Positions 11,220 to 18,914 of a stretch of DNA of 64,000 bases are shown here, piece by piece (the stretch's first letter is position 1; each line of letters opens with the position of its first letter). A program made the position numbers and the translations under genes. The stretch covers positions 6,625 through 70,624 of the forward strand of contig CAZQDE010000005.1 of the NCBI GenBank assembly GCA_964591485.1, written 5' to 3'. The DNA is from an uncultured Anaerolineaceae bacterium (lineage in GTDB: Bacteria; Chloroflexota; Anaerolineae; Anaerolineales; E44-bin32). Under the pieces are notes generated by a model. The model was not told the DNA's origin, ran no database searches, and saw nothing but the letters and a program-made list of their open reading frames with translations.

Positions 11220-11246
11220 TTAGCACTCTAGGCCCTAGAGTGCTAA
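11220..11246 (-). promoter_or_regulatory. CIRCE operator (HrcA-binding inverted repeat), perfect consensus
   Basis: TTAGCACTC-taggcccta-GAGTGCTAA exactly matches TTAGCACTC-N9-GAGTGCTAA. It lies between the predicted -10 box and the groES start. Confidence 0.9.
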
Positions 11247-11256
11247 TTCAGACGCA

Positions 11257-11285
11257 AGTGTACCCAAAGTGAGGGAGGCTGTCAA
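11257..11285 (-). promoter_or_regulatory. Putative groESL promoter (TTGACA-N17-TACACT)
   Basis: On the minus strand a consensus -35 TTGACA (11285-11280) has a 17-nt spacer to TACACT (11262-11257). CIRCE begins about 10 nt downstream. Confidence 0.55.
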
Positions 11286-11300
11286 GGGCCGCGCGCGGGT

Positions 11301-12968
11301 TTACTCCCCCGGGAAGGGGGTCAGCGTCGGCGTGGGTTCGGCCGCAGGCTCGGGCGTCCGGTCACCGGTGCAGATGGCTCGGCCCTCGGCCACGATGGCG
11401 CTCACCAGCGGATCGCTGCCGTACTTGGACATCAGCGCCGTGAAGATCCGCTCGGCATCGGCGCAGGCCTGCGGGTAATTCTCGGAACCGGCGTAGAAGG
11501 TCAGCGCAGAGCCATAGGTGTAGTAATACTCCACAGTCTCATTGACCAAGGGCAAGCCCCGGACCTCCTCGCCTCGCTCGCGGGCCTGTTCGGTGCCACG
11601 TTCGCATAGGAAGACGCCCAACTCGCAAAGCAGGTCGCCGCTCTCTTGCTCTCCGCAACCGTCGATGGCACAGCGGAAGACCGGGATGGCGCTCTCATAG
11701 TTGCGGGCCTGGAAATAGACGCTACCCAAGCGGGCGTAGATCTCGGGGTTGGATGGGTCGATCGAGAGAGCACGTTCCACATTCAGCGCCGCGGCGAAGA
11801 ACTCGCCCTGACGGGCGTAGGTGTTCCCGATAGCCAGATAGGGGTTGGGATCATTGATCCCGAGTTGCTCGTTAATCTTGGCCGCCCGGGCAAAGTATTC
11901 GATCGCGGTGTCGAAATCGCGCAAAGCCCGGTAATTAGCCCCGATGTTCAGGTAGAGAAAGGTCAAGTTTGGGCGCACCTTCGCCGCTTCCAGATATTCT
12001 TCGATGGCTCGCAGGTACCACCCCTGGCTCTCAAGGACGGTGGCGTAGACGCGATGGATGTCCATCAGATATTCCTGCGCCACACCGCCCTGGCCCGCCA
12101 GGGCGACGGCCCTCTCAGCCAGATCGTCGGCCTGAGCCACGTTGCCCTGATCGACATACACTTCCGCCAGGAAGGCCAACGCAAGCGCGTTTTCTGGGTC
12201 CAATTGTCCGGCGCGAATGGCGGCTTCCTGGGCTTCCGCCAGGAAAGCTTCTTTGCGATTCTTCTCGCGAATTACAGTCAAAGGCGAAAGGTTGACCGTT
12301 CGACCTCCGACCACCCAGGCGTCTTGGGTGATAGCTTCCACTTCTCCCGAGAACAGCAGCCCGGCTCCGCCACTCACCTCGGTTTCCGGCCTCGCTTCAG
12401 CCTCCCCCAGCCCCTCCAGTTCAATCACGTTAGCCGTGATGCGCCCGCCCTCGGAGATCACACCCACCACCCGCACCCGGTCTCCTACAGTGATCACATC
12501 CTTCACCTCCGCCGAAGCCGACCAGTCGTAGACCAGGGTGCGGATGGCGTGGGCGAAGGCACTGTCCGGGTTCAGCTCCACGGCTCGATCGATCGATTTC
12601 CGGGCCTCCGCCAGACGTTCCCGGCGGCTTTCGAGGGTGGTATGCAGGGCACTTGAGTACGTCTGCAGGCGCGCCAGGTTGGCCCAAAGAGCGGCATCGT
12701 TGGGAGCCTTGCTCACCGCCTCCCGGTAGGCCTGTATGGCGGCTTCAATATTGCCGGCGGCGAAGTGGGCTTCGGCCTCTTCGGCGTGTGAGAGGGCATT
12801 GCGTGTGGCTGTGGGGGTAGGCAAGAATAGGGGTTGCACTTCGCCCTGCTGTTCGGCGCGCAGGAGCAAGACGCCGCCCACAATCAGTGTCAGCAGCGCC
12901 AGCACCCGCCAGGGATTGGAGCGCCGCCGATCGCGACTCAGCTCCAGCCGTTCGCCCGTCAATCGCAT
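11301..12968 (-). CDS. Membrane-anchored TPR-repeat protein with an internal beta-rich insert (paralogue 1)
   Basis: Basic N-terminus and one TM (RDRRRSNPWRVLALLTLIVGGVLLL), then a PTPT linker. Multiple TPR-like repeats follow (AIQAYREAVSKAPNDAALWANLARL...). The end has a Cys-containing C-terminal module and a Pro/Thr tail. Confidence 0.8.
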   Translation of the reverse strand: MRLTGERLELSRDRRRSNPWRVLALLTLIVGGVLLLRAEQQGEVQPLFLPTPTATRNALSHAEEAEAHFAAGNIEAAIQAYREAVSKAPNDAALWANLARLQTYSSALHTTLESRRERLAEARKSIDRAVELNPDSAFAHAIRTLVYDWSASAEVKDVITVGDRVRVVGVISEGGRITANVIELEGLGEAEARPETEVSGGAGLLFSGEVEAITQDAWVVGGRTVNLSPLTVIREKNRKEAFLAEAQEAAIRAGQLDPENALALAFLAEVYVDQGNVAQADDLAERAVALAGQGGVAQEYLMDIHRVYATVLESQGWYLRAIEEYLEAAKVRPNLTFLYLNIGANYRALRDFDTAIEYFARAAKINEQLGINDPNPYLAIGNTYARQGEFFAAALNVERALSIDPSNPEIYARLGSVYFQARNYESAIPVFRCAIDGCGEQESGDLLCELGVFLCERGTEQARERGEEVRGLPLVNETVEYYYTYGSALTFYAGSENYPQACADAERIFTALMSKYGSDPLVSAIVAEGRAICTGDRTPEPAAEPTPTLTPFPGE

Positions 12969-12992
12969 AATGCCTTTATTCTATCCGCCAGT

Positions 12993-14270
12993 TCAGGAAG
13001 TGGGCGTGACCTCACCCTCGGGGGTCGGGGTGCGCTCGAGCTCCCCGCAGAGCACCAAGCCTTCCTCGGCGTTGAAGACCGCGATTTCATTGTCAGGGAC
13101 CGTCTGGAGAATGGCGCGAAAGATCTCCACCGCATCTTCGCAGACCCCCAGCTTGGCCAATGCCAGCCCATAAGTGTAGTAGAACTCTAGCACCCGGCCA
13201 TCTTGCTGAATGATTTCCAGAGGAAGGCCTTCGACGAAAGCGCCTTCAGGGGACATGCCACCGCGGATGGCGAGGTCGAATTGCGCCACAGCCTCCTCAA
13301 GCAGCCCGTTATGGTAATACATGCGGGCCAGGTTTCCCCGCAGGCGGGGGTTGGCGGGATCCAATTCGACCGCTTGCTGCGCGTACTGGCTGGCCACCCC
13401 ATAGTCACCGATCCCCGCGTAGAGCTGCACCAGCAACGATAGCGGTTCGGTGCTGGTGGGCGCCAGCGTGACCGCCCGCAGGTAACTCTCTCTTGCCCCT
13501 TCCACGTCTCCCAGCGCGCGCTGCATGTTGCCCACATCGATGTGCAGACTGGGAAGGTTGGGGTTCAGGTTGCGCGCCGTCAGATAGGATTCCAGCGCCA
13601 GTTCTCGGTTGCCCGTGAGTTCCCACACATAGCCCAAGGCCCGGTGGGCCTCGAGCGATTCCTTATCCAGGGAAACCGCCGCCCGCGCATGCTCGAGCGC
13701 CTGCTCGTAGGTGCTGATATTGGAATCGATCAAGACCTCCGCGTAGAAGGCGCGCACCTCAGGCGCATTGGGGTTCAAATCCAGAGCCCTTTCGGTTTCT
13801 TGCACCGCTTCTGCCATCAAGGCGGTTCGCTCAGCGGGATCACGCACCCGGCTGGCCTGAAAGTCGAGCGACCAACCCAAGAAGGCGTGCGCCAGGGCCG
13901 AATCCGGATTGATGACCATCGCATCGCGCGCCGCCTGTTCCGCCAATTCATACTTGCCGGCAAACATGCGCACCCGGGCCAGCTCGATATGGTAAGCAGG
14001 TTCACGCGGTGCGGCGGCGATGGCCTCCAAGTAGGCCTCTTCGGCCTGCTGGAGCTTGCCCGCTCGGAAGAGGTTTTCGGCTTCCAGGACATAGGATGCC
14101 GGACTGCGGGTCGGGGTCGGCGTAGGGATAAAGAGCGGCGGCGTTTCCGGAATGTAGGCCTGCCAGAAATAGACAGCCGCTGCCAGGAGGCACAAGAGTA
14201 AGATCACGCGCCAGGGATTGGAGCGGCGTCGCTTCTTGCGCAAATTCCATTTGCTTCCGCTTAGATACAT
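12993..14270 (-). CDS. Membrane-anchored TPR-repeat protein (paralogue 2)
   Basis: KKRRRSNPWRVILLLCLLAAAVYFW TM anchor, a PTPTPT linker and TPR repeats (AEEAYLEAIAAAPREPAYHIELARV...). The C-terminal EFYYTYGLALAKLGVCEDA module is shared with paralogue 1. Confidence 0.8.
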   Translation of the reverse strand: MYLSGSKWNLRKKRRRSNPWRVILLLCLLAAAVYFWQAYIPETPPLFIPTPTPTRSPASYVLEAENLFRAGKLQQAEEAYLEAIAAAPREPAYHIELARVRMFAGKYELAEQAARDAMVINPDSALAHAFLGWSLDFQASRVRDPAERTALMAEAVQETERALDLNPNAPEVRAFYAEVLIDSNISTYEQALEHARAAVSLDKESLEAHRALGYVWELTGNRELALESYLTARNLNPNLPSLHIDVGNMQRALGDVEGARESYLRAVTLAPTSTEPLSLLVQLYAGIGDYGVASQYAQQAVELDPANPRLRGNLARMYYHNGLLEEAVAQFDLAIRGGMSPEGAFVEGLPLEIIQQDGRVLEFYYTYGLALAKLGVCEDAVEIFRAILQTVPDNEIAVFNAEEGLVLCGELERTPTPEGEVTPTS

Positions 14271-14314
14271 GTGATCTTGTGACTCGCTTCACAGACCGTG
14301 ATGTGTGGGCAAGC

Positions 14315-14344
14315 ATCTTACCACCCGCAGGAAATGAGCGTCAA
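14315..14344 (-). promoter_or_regulatory. Putative promoter of the TPR gene pair (TTGACG-N18-TAAGAT)
   Basis: On the minus strand the hexamers lie at 14344-14339 and 14320-14315. The site is in the divergent intergenic region, about 45 nt upstream of the ATG at 14270. Confidence 0.4.
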
Positions 14345-14390
14345 GCATGCTTCCCCCGAGACTCGTGGCAAGTACGGTATAATCGCCCGC

Positions 14391-15416
14391 ATGTCGAGCC
14401 AAGCGCCCCCTGCACCCGAACCCGCCGAGACACAGGAAAACACCCCGGCGCGCGCCTCACAGCCTGCAGATGGCAAGTCCAGCCGCAGGCGCCGGATTCT
14501 CGTGGGCATGGCCATATATATCGCGCTGCTTCTCATCGCCGGTGGCGCCGCCTATTGGCAAGGCCAGGTGCTGGGAGAAAAGCAACGCCAAGGTGAACTC
14601 GAGCGTGCACTCCAGGAGCAGTACGAGCTGGGCATCGCCGACCTCGAGTCCGGGCGCTATGCACTCGCACGGCAGCGCTTCGAAGCCATCATCCACGAGG
14701 CGCCGGAATTCCCAGGAGCGGAGGATCGGCTGGTAGAGGCGCTCCTTCACCTGGACGTCCCGACGCTTACGCCCACACCACGCCCGACGGCCACGCCGGA
14801 CCCCTCGCCGCCTGAGAAGCTCTTCGAGGATGCCCAAACCGCCCTGGATGGCGGCGATTGGCACACCGTCATCGATAAATTGCTTTCTCTCAGGGCTAAG
14901 GACCCCACCTATCGCGCCGTGGAGGGGGACGGCATGATGTTCACCGCCTTGCGCAACCTGGGCATGAAACTCATCGCCCAAGGTGAGATGGAGGAGGGAC
15001 TCTATCAGCTCAGCCTGGCCGAGCAGTTCGGGCCGCTCGATCGCGACGCCATCTTCCGTCGCTCACTGGCACAGCAATATCTGCTCGCGAACAGCTACAT
15101 CGGCCTGAATTGGGCTCGCGCAGCAGAGCTCTTCGGACCGCTATGCCAGCAGGGCGCAACCAGCGACTCCTGCCCCAAATACGCCGAGGCCGCCTGGAAG
15201 TATGGCGACCTCTTATGGAACGCGGGCGAAGCCTGCAAGGCGGATCAACAATACCAAGCTTCACTCAGTGCCTTTACCTTCCCTGAGCTCGAACCCACCG
15301 CATCCAAGGCCAGGCGGGTTTGCGCCACGCAGTCTGCCCCACCCCCCCAACCCACCGCCACGCTTACGCCCACTCCCACGCAAGAGGGAGGCGGCGCAGG
15401 GAACGGCGGGGGCTGA
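14391..15416 (+). CDS. Membrane-anchored TPR-like protein with Pro/Thr-rich linkers (paralogue 3, divergently transcribed)
   Basis: SSRRRRILVGMAIYIALLLIAGGAAYW TM anchor, a helical repeat region (ADLESGRYALARQRFEAIIHEAPEFPGAEDRL) and a TLTPTPRPTATPDPSPP linker. The C-terminal region is Cys-containing and ends in a PQPTATLTPTPTQ tail. I chose the ATG at 14391; the track start at 14298 would overlap the divergent promoter. Confidence 0.7.
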   Translation: MSSQAPPAPEPAETQENTPARASQPADGKSSRRRRILVGMAIYIALLLIAGGAAYWQGQVLGEKQRQGELERALQEQYELGIADLESGRYALARQRFEAIIHEAPEFPGAEDRLVEALLHLDVPTLTPTPRPTATPDPSPPEKLFEDAQTALDGGDWHTVIDKLLSLRAKDPTYRAVEGDGMMFTALRNLGMKLIAQGEMEEGLYQLSLAEQFGPLDRDAIFRRSLAQQYLLANSYIGLNWARAAELFGPLCQQGATSDSCPKYAEAAWKYGDLLWNAGEACKADQQYQASLSAFTFPELEPTASKARRVCATQSAPPPQPTATLTPTPTQEGGGAGNGGG

Positions 15417-15573
15417 TGGTCTTGCGCTCACCGCGCTGGCCCGGATTTCCTGAACCCCGGTACACAACTTGCATCCCCTTATCTCGCAGGCACAAGCGGC
15501 CGTGAGGCCTAGCCTTGCACCAAGCATGTGATCGATCTGCCGGCAGGCCGGCAGCCGGCGAGGAAGGGGTCCT

Positions 15574-16035
15574 ATGAACTGCGCACTGATACTGTTATCG
15601 ATGGGCATGATCGGCCTCTATCTTGGATTCTCCAGCGCCCTGGGCCTATTCATCTGGTACGCCCGCAGGCGGAGCGCTGGCCGGATTTCATGGCTGGTGC
15701 CTGCCGTCTACGCCCTGCTCATCTACCTGCCCATATCGCTCTACCTGGCCCGCTTCTTCGCTTGGTCAATGCAGCTCCGGCTGGGAGTCCTGGCCGCTGG
15801 CGGGCTGCTCTGGGTCACCATCGCCTTGCTCTTCCCGCGCCTGCCGCCTCCACTTCGGTCGCCGCTCTTCGGCCGGCAATATCTCAGCCTCACGATGCTC
15901 ATCGTGGCATCCTGGTGCCTTACCTACTGGCTCCGTGATCAAGAACCCTCCCTGCTCGTCCTGGGCCTGGCAGCCTGCACAGCATCGCTTTCGGCCTTGC
16001 GCGACGCCCTCCCCAAGTATGAAATGCCCGCATAG
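15574..16035 (+). CDS. Hypothetical membrane protein (4-5 hydrophobic segments)
   Basis: 153-aa ORF, MNCALILLSMGMIGLYLGFSSALGLFIWY..., preceded by GAGGAAGGGG. I recognise no family. Confidence 0.55.
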   Translation: MNCALILLSMGMIGLYLGFSSALGLFIWYARRRSAGRISWLVPAVYALLIYLPISLYLARFFAWSMQLRLGVLAAGGLLWVTIALLFPRLPPPLRSPLFGRQYLSLTMLIVASWCLTYWLRDQEPSLLVLGLAACTASLSALRDALPKYEMPA

Positions 16036-16095
16036 TTGGGGTACAATGAACCGCCCGCCGACCGGGCCGGGTTTACAGCCGACCAGGAATCAGGC

Positions 16096-17022
16096 TTGTT
16101 CGAACTCACATTTCTCGGCACCTCCGCCTCCGCGCCTTCCATCCACCGAGGCCTCTCCGCGCAGGTCGTCAGTTACCGCGATCTGCGTTTCCTGATTGAC
16201 TGCGGCGAGGGAACCCAGCGCCAGATATTGCGCTCGGGATTAGGCTTCCGCCGTCTCCACCGGGTGCTGATCACGCATGGACATCTCGATCACATCTTGG
16301 GCCTGGCAGGCTTGCTTTCGACCTTCTCGCGCTGGGAGGCCATCGATTCGCTCGAGATTTGGGCCGGCGAGTGGGCCATGGAACGCATCCAGGATTTGCT
16401 CTTCGGTGTGGTGCTGCGCGGCGCTCGGGCACCCCTGGAGATCATCCTACGAGTCGTGAAACCCGGCGTCTTATTCGAGGAACAGGACCTCACCGTGCGG
16501 GCCTTCCCGGTGATCCATCGCGGGCCTGGCTGCTTCGGTTACGCCTTTGAGGAGGCCACCCGCCGCCCCTTCTTGCCCGAGAAGGCCGAAGCGCTTGGCA
16601 TCCCGTCGGGCCCGTTGTGGGGCAAGCTCGCGCGCGGCGAGGAAATCAACCTGCCAGACGGCCGCGCCATCCAGCCCGAGCAGGTTCTGGGGCCTCCCAG
16701 GCGGGGGGCCCGGCTCATTCACGTGGGCGATTGCGGAAGCACGGACAATCTAGTCGACATCTGCAAGGATGCCGATGCCCTGGTTATCGAGTCAACCTAC
16801 CTTTCGGTCGAAGAGGACCTGGCACTGAAGTTTGGACACCTCACTGCTGCGCAAGCGGCCGAGCTGGCGCGGGAAGCCGGAGTGCGCCAACTCATCCTGA
16901 CCCATATCTCGCGGCGCTATCGCGAGAAGGACGTCCTCGAAGAGGCGCAAGCCATCTTCCCCAATGCGACTGTTGCCCGGGATTTCGACCACTATGAGAT
17001 CAAGCGCCCCGACAGAACCTAG
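16096..17022 (+). CDS. rnz: Ribonuclease Z (MBL-fold tRNA 3' endonuclease)
   Basis: (L/M)FELTFLGTSASAPS...LIDCGEGTQRQILRS...VLITHGHLDHILGLAGLL carries the HxHxDH motif. A TTG at 16096 preceded by AGGAA gives a typical length of about 308 aa. The track start is the TTG at 16036, so the start is uncertain. Confidence 0.85.
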   Translation: MFELTFLGTSASAPSIHRGLSAQVVSYRDLRFLIDCGEGTQRQILRSGLGFRRLHRVLITHGHLDHILGLAGLLSTFSRWEAIDSLEIWAGEWAMERIQDLLFGVVLRGARAPLEIILRVVKPGVLFEEQDLTVRAFPVIHRGPGCFGYAFEEATRRPFLPEKAEALGIPSGPLWGKLARGEEINLPDGRAIQPEQVLGPPRRGARLIHVGDCGSTDNLVDICKDADALVIESTYLSVEEDLALKFGHLTAAQAAELAREAGVRQLILTHISRRYREKDVLEEAQAIFPNATVARDFDHYEIKRPDRT

Positions 17023-17078
17023 GCTCTCTCTGCCTGCCCGCCGAGGCTCCATAATGCCTGCCGGCCCGCGGCCCTATC

Positions 17079-17107
17079 TTGAATCCGAGTGCAGGAGGGG
17101 ATAGAAT
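17079..17107 (+). promoter_or_regulatory. Putative sigma-70-type promoter (TTGAAT-N17-TAGAAT)
   Basis: Hexamers at 17079-17084 and 17102-17107 with a 17-nt spacer, 34 nt upstream of the FmdB-family gene. Confidence 0.45.
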
Positions 17108-17140
17108 CACCCCGGCTAGACTTCTACACCGGGTGACGCC

Positions 17141-17365
17141 ATGCCAGTCTACGAATATCGATGCTGCGAATGTGAGAGCGTGTTTGACTCCCTGCGCCCT
17201 ATGAAGGACGCGGATGCCCCTATTGCTTGTCCCGCCTGCTCCAGCCAGCGCACCCTGCGCAAGATGTCGGTTTTCGCCGCCCACAGTGATGGGCGATCGG
17301 TCGCGGGAACTCAGTCCGCCTGTGCCTCCTGCAGCGGCGGTTCCTGTGCCACCTGCGGACACTGA
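17141..17365 (+). CDS. FmdB-family zinc-ribbon protein (putative regulatory)
   Basis: MPVYEYRCCECESVFDSL...IACPACSS is the CxxC...CxxC zinc-ribbon signature of the FmdB/CxxC_CxxC_SSSS family. The C-terminal tail is Cys/Ser/Gly-rich. Confidence 0.8.
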   Translation: MPVYEYRCCECESVFDSLRPMKDADAPIACPACSSQRTLRKMSVFAAHSDGRSVAGTQSACASCSGGSCATCGH

Positions 17366-17381
17366 ACCCGCCGCCAGGAGC

Positions 17382-18074
17382 TCACGAACCCTCTGAAGCC
17401 GGCAGCAATCCCAATAGCTTCCGCATCCTGTCTTCCGCGACGTCCTCCAGCGAACCTACGATAAGGTCCGCCCCAGACAGCGCTTTCGCATCATGCGTGG
17501 TCGTGACCGCCAGTGAACGCATTCCGGCGCGTCGGGCGCCCTCCACACCGACGATAGCATCCTCCACCACCAGGCAATGGCGTGGATCGATCCCCAGCCG
17601 CCTGGCCGCTTCAAGATAGATGGCTGGGTCCGGCTTGGCCGGCAGGCGCTCACCCGAGACCAAGGCATCCAGATAAGGGCGCATGCCTAACGCCTCCACA
17701 AGCGCATCCACGTTTTCGAGGGGTGCTGAGGATGCCACTGCCTGCCGGATCCCCCATGCCTGGAGCCGCTCGAGCCAGGCCTTCGCGCCCGGCAAAGCCT
17801 TGGCACGCTTACGCGCCAGCCGCCGGAAGGCTTTCTCCTTCGCCTGGCTCACCTCTTCCACCCAGGCGGGATCCCGGGCCTCGCGCGTCAGGTAAGCCAA
17901 GATGGACGCATTGTTCCGGCCGAACGTGGCCAGATGTTGCTCCCAGGTCATTTTCAACCCAAAATGCGGCAAGACCTCCCGCCAGCTCTCGTAGTGAAGC
18001 TCGCTCGTGTCCGCCAGAACGCCATCCAGGTCCCATAGAACCGCGCGCGACCCATCCAATAGAGATCTAACCAT
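17382..18074 (-). CDS. HAD-superfamily hydrolase (beta-phosphoglucomutase-like subfamily IA)
   Basis: The VLWDLDGVLADTSELH motif I (DxDGV) is present, together with downstream HAD motifs (ASSAP; VVEDAIVGVEGARRAGM). Confidence 0.85.
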   Translation of the reverse strand: MVRSLLDGSRAVLWDLDGVLADTSELHYESWREVLPHFGLKMTWEQHLATFGRNNASILAYLTREARDPAWVEEVSQAKEKAFRRLARKRAKALPGAKAWLERLQAWGIRQAVASSAPLENVDALVEALGMRPYLDALVSGERLPAKPDPAIYLEAARRLGIDPRHCLVVEDAIVGVEGARRAGMRSLAVTTTHDAKALSGADLIVGSLEDVAEDRMRKLLGLLPASEGS

Positions 18075-18109
18075 GGTAGAGAGCTCCTCTCGAGCCTGTT
18101 CCCCAGAGG

Positions 18110-18460
18110 TCAGCAGGTGAGGTGTAAGGCAGCTACCACCCGGCGTTGCTCCCGCAGGCGATTGTAGGCCTCGCAGGCTTCCTGGGTGGGCAATACAATC
18201 AATTCAATCCCCCGGCTCCTGATGCCGGCGCGCGTTTCCTGTGGCACCCGCATGCGGCCAAAGGCACCCTGTCCCACGATGAGCACCTCGGGGCCGATCT
18301 GCAAGACCTCGTCCAGATCTTGCAGATTGAGCACATGCCCCTGCTCTCGCCACCAGCTACCGCGCACCTGGTCTGGACAGATAATGACATCCCGCGTGTA
18401 GGGCTTGCCATCCACCTCCAGCCGACCAAAGCGATAGCCTGTGATCCTGGGAGGTTTCAT
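18110..18460 (-). CDS. Mth938/NDUFAF3-family (DUF498) protein
   Basis: The 116-aa ORF FGRLEVDGKPYTRDVII...EVLIVGQGAFGRMRV...VVAALHLTC has the length, beta/alpha pattern and C-terminal H-x-T-C ending that I recall for the Mth938 domain family. Confidence 0.8.
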   Translation of the reverse strand: MKPPRITGYRFGRLEVDGKPYTRDVIICPDQVRGSWWREQGHVLNLQDLDEVLQIGPEVLIVGQGAFGRMRVPQETRAGIRSRGIELIVLPTQEACEAYNRLREQRRVVAALHLTC

Positions 18461-18463
18461 CGT

Positions 18464-18760
18464 TCACGCCCGGCTGCTTGCAGTCATCCTAATGCCAAAA
18501 CGGTCGAACTCCCCAGTGGGATTCTCCCAGGAGACCTGGATATCTTCCACGCGGGCAGCGGGCGGGCCTTTCCGGCACCACTCAATCATGGAGTCCACCG
18601 CTTGTTCCTCCCCCTCGAAAACCGCCTCCACTCGACCATCCCAAAGATTGCGCACCCAGCCCTTCAGGCCGCGGGTCTGAGCCTCCTGGGAAGTGTAATA
18701 ACGGAAATTGACCCCCTGCACACGGCCAGAAATCCAGAGATGCGCTCGCTTTGCAGCCAT
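18464..18760 (-). CDS. acyP: Acylphosphatase
   Basis: HLWISGRVQGVNFRYYTSQEAQTRGLKGWVRNLWDGRVEAVFEG is the acylphosphatase signature. I chose the ATG at 18760, preceded by GGAGGAGGG. The track start at 18997 would overlap nuoN. Confidence 0.85.
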   Translation of the reverse strand: MAAKRAHLWISGRVQGVNFRYYTSQEAQTRGLKGWVRNLWDGRVEAVFEGEEQAVDSMIEWCRKGPPAARVEDIQVSWENPTGEFDRFGIRMTASSRA

Positions 18761-18844
18761 GATCTTGACCCTCCTCCAAATCCCCAGCATTAATCTTAGC
18801 CAAGCATGCCCGAGAAATCCACCCCTGGCTTCCACCGCGGCGGA

Positions 18845-18886
18845 ATCGAAAGAGAAACCGTCCTGTGAGCATCGCTTGCAGGACGG
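18845..18886 (-). terminator. Rho-independent terminator after nuoN
   Basis: Minus strand reads CCGTCCTG-caagcgatgctca-CAGGACGG followed by TTTCTCTTTCGATT. The stem arms lie at 18858-18865 and 18879-18886, about 30 nt downstream of the nuoN stop. Confidence 0.65.
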
Positions 18887-18914
18887 TCGGCGTCGAGATC
18901 GATCTCCAAATCGA

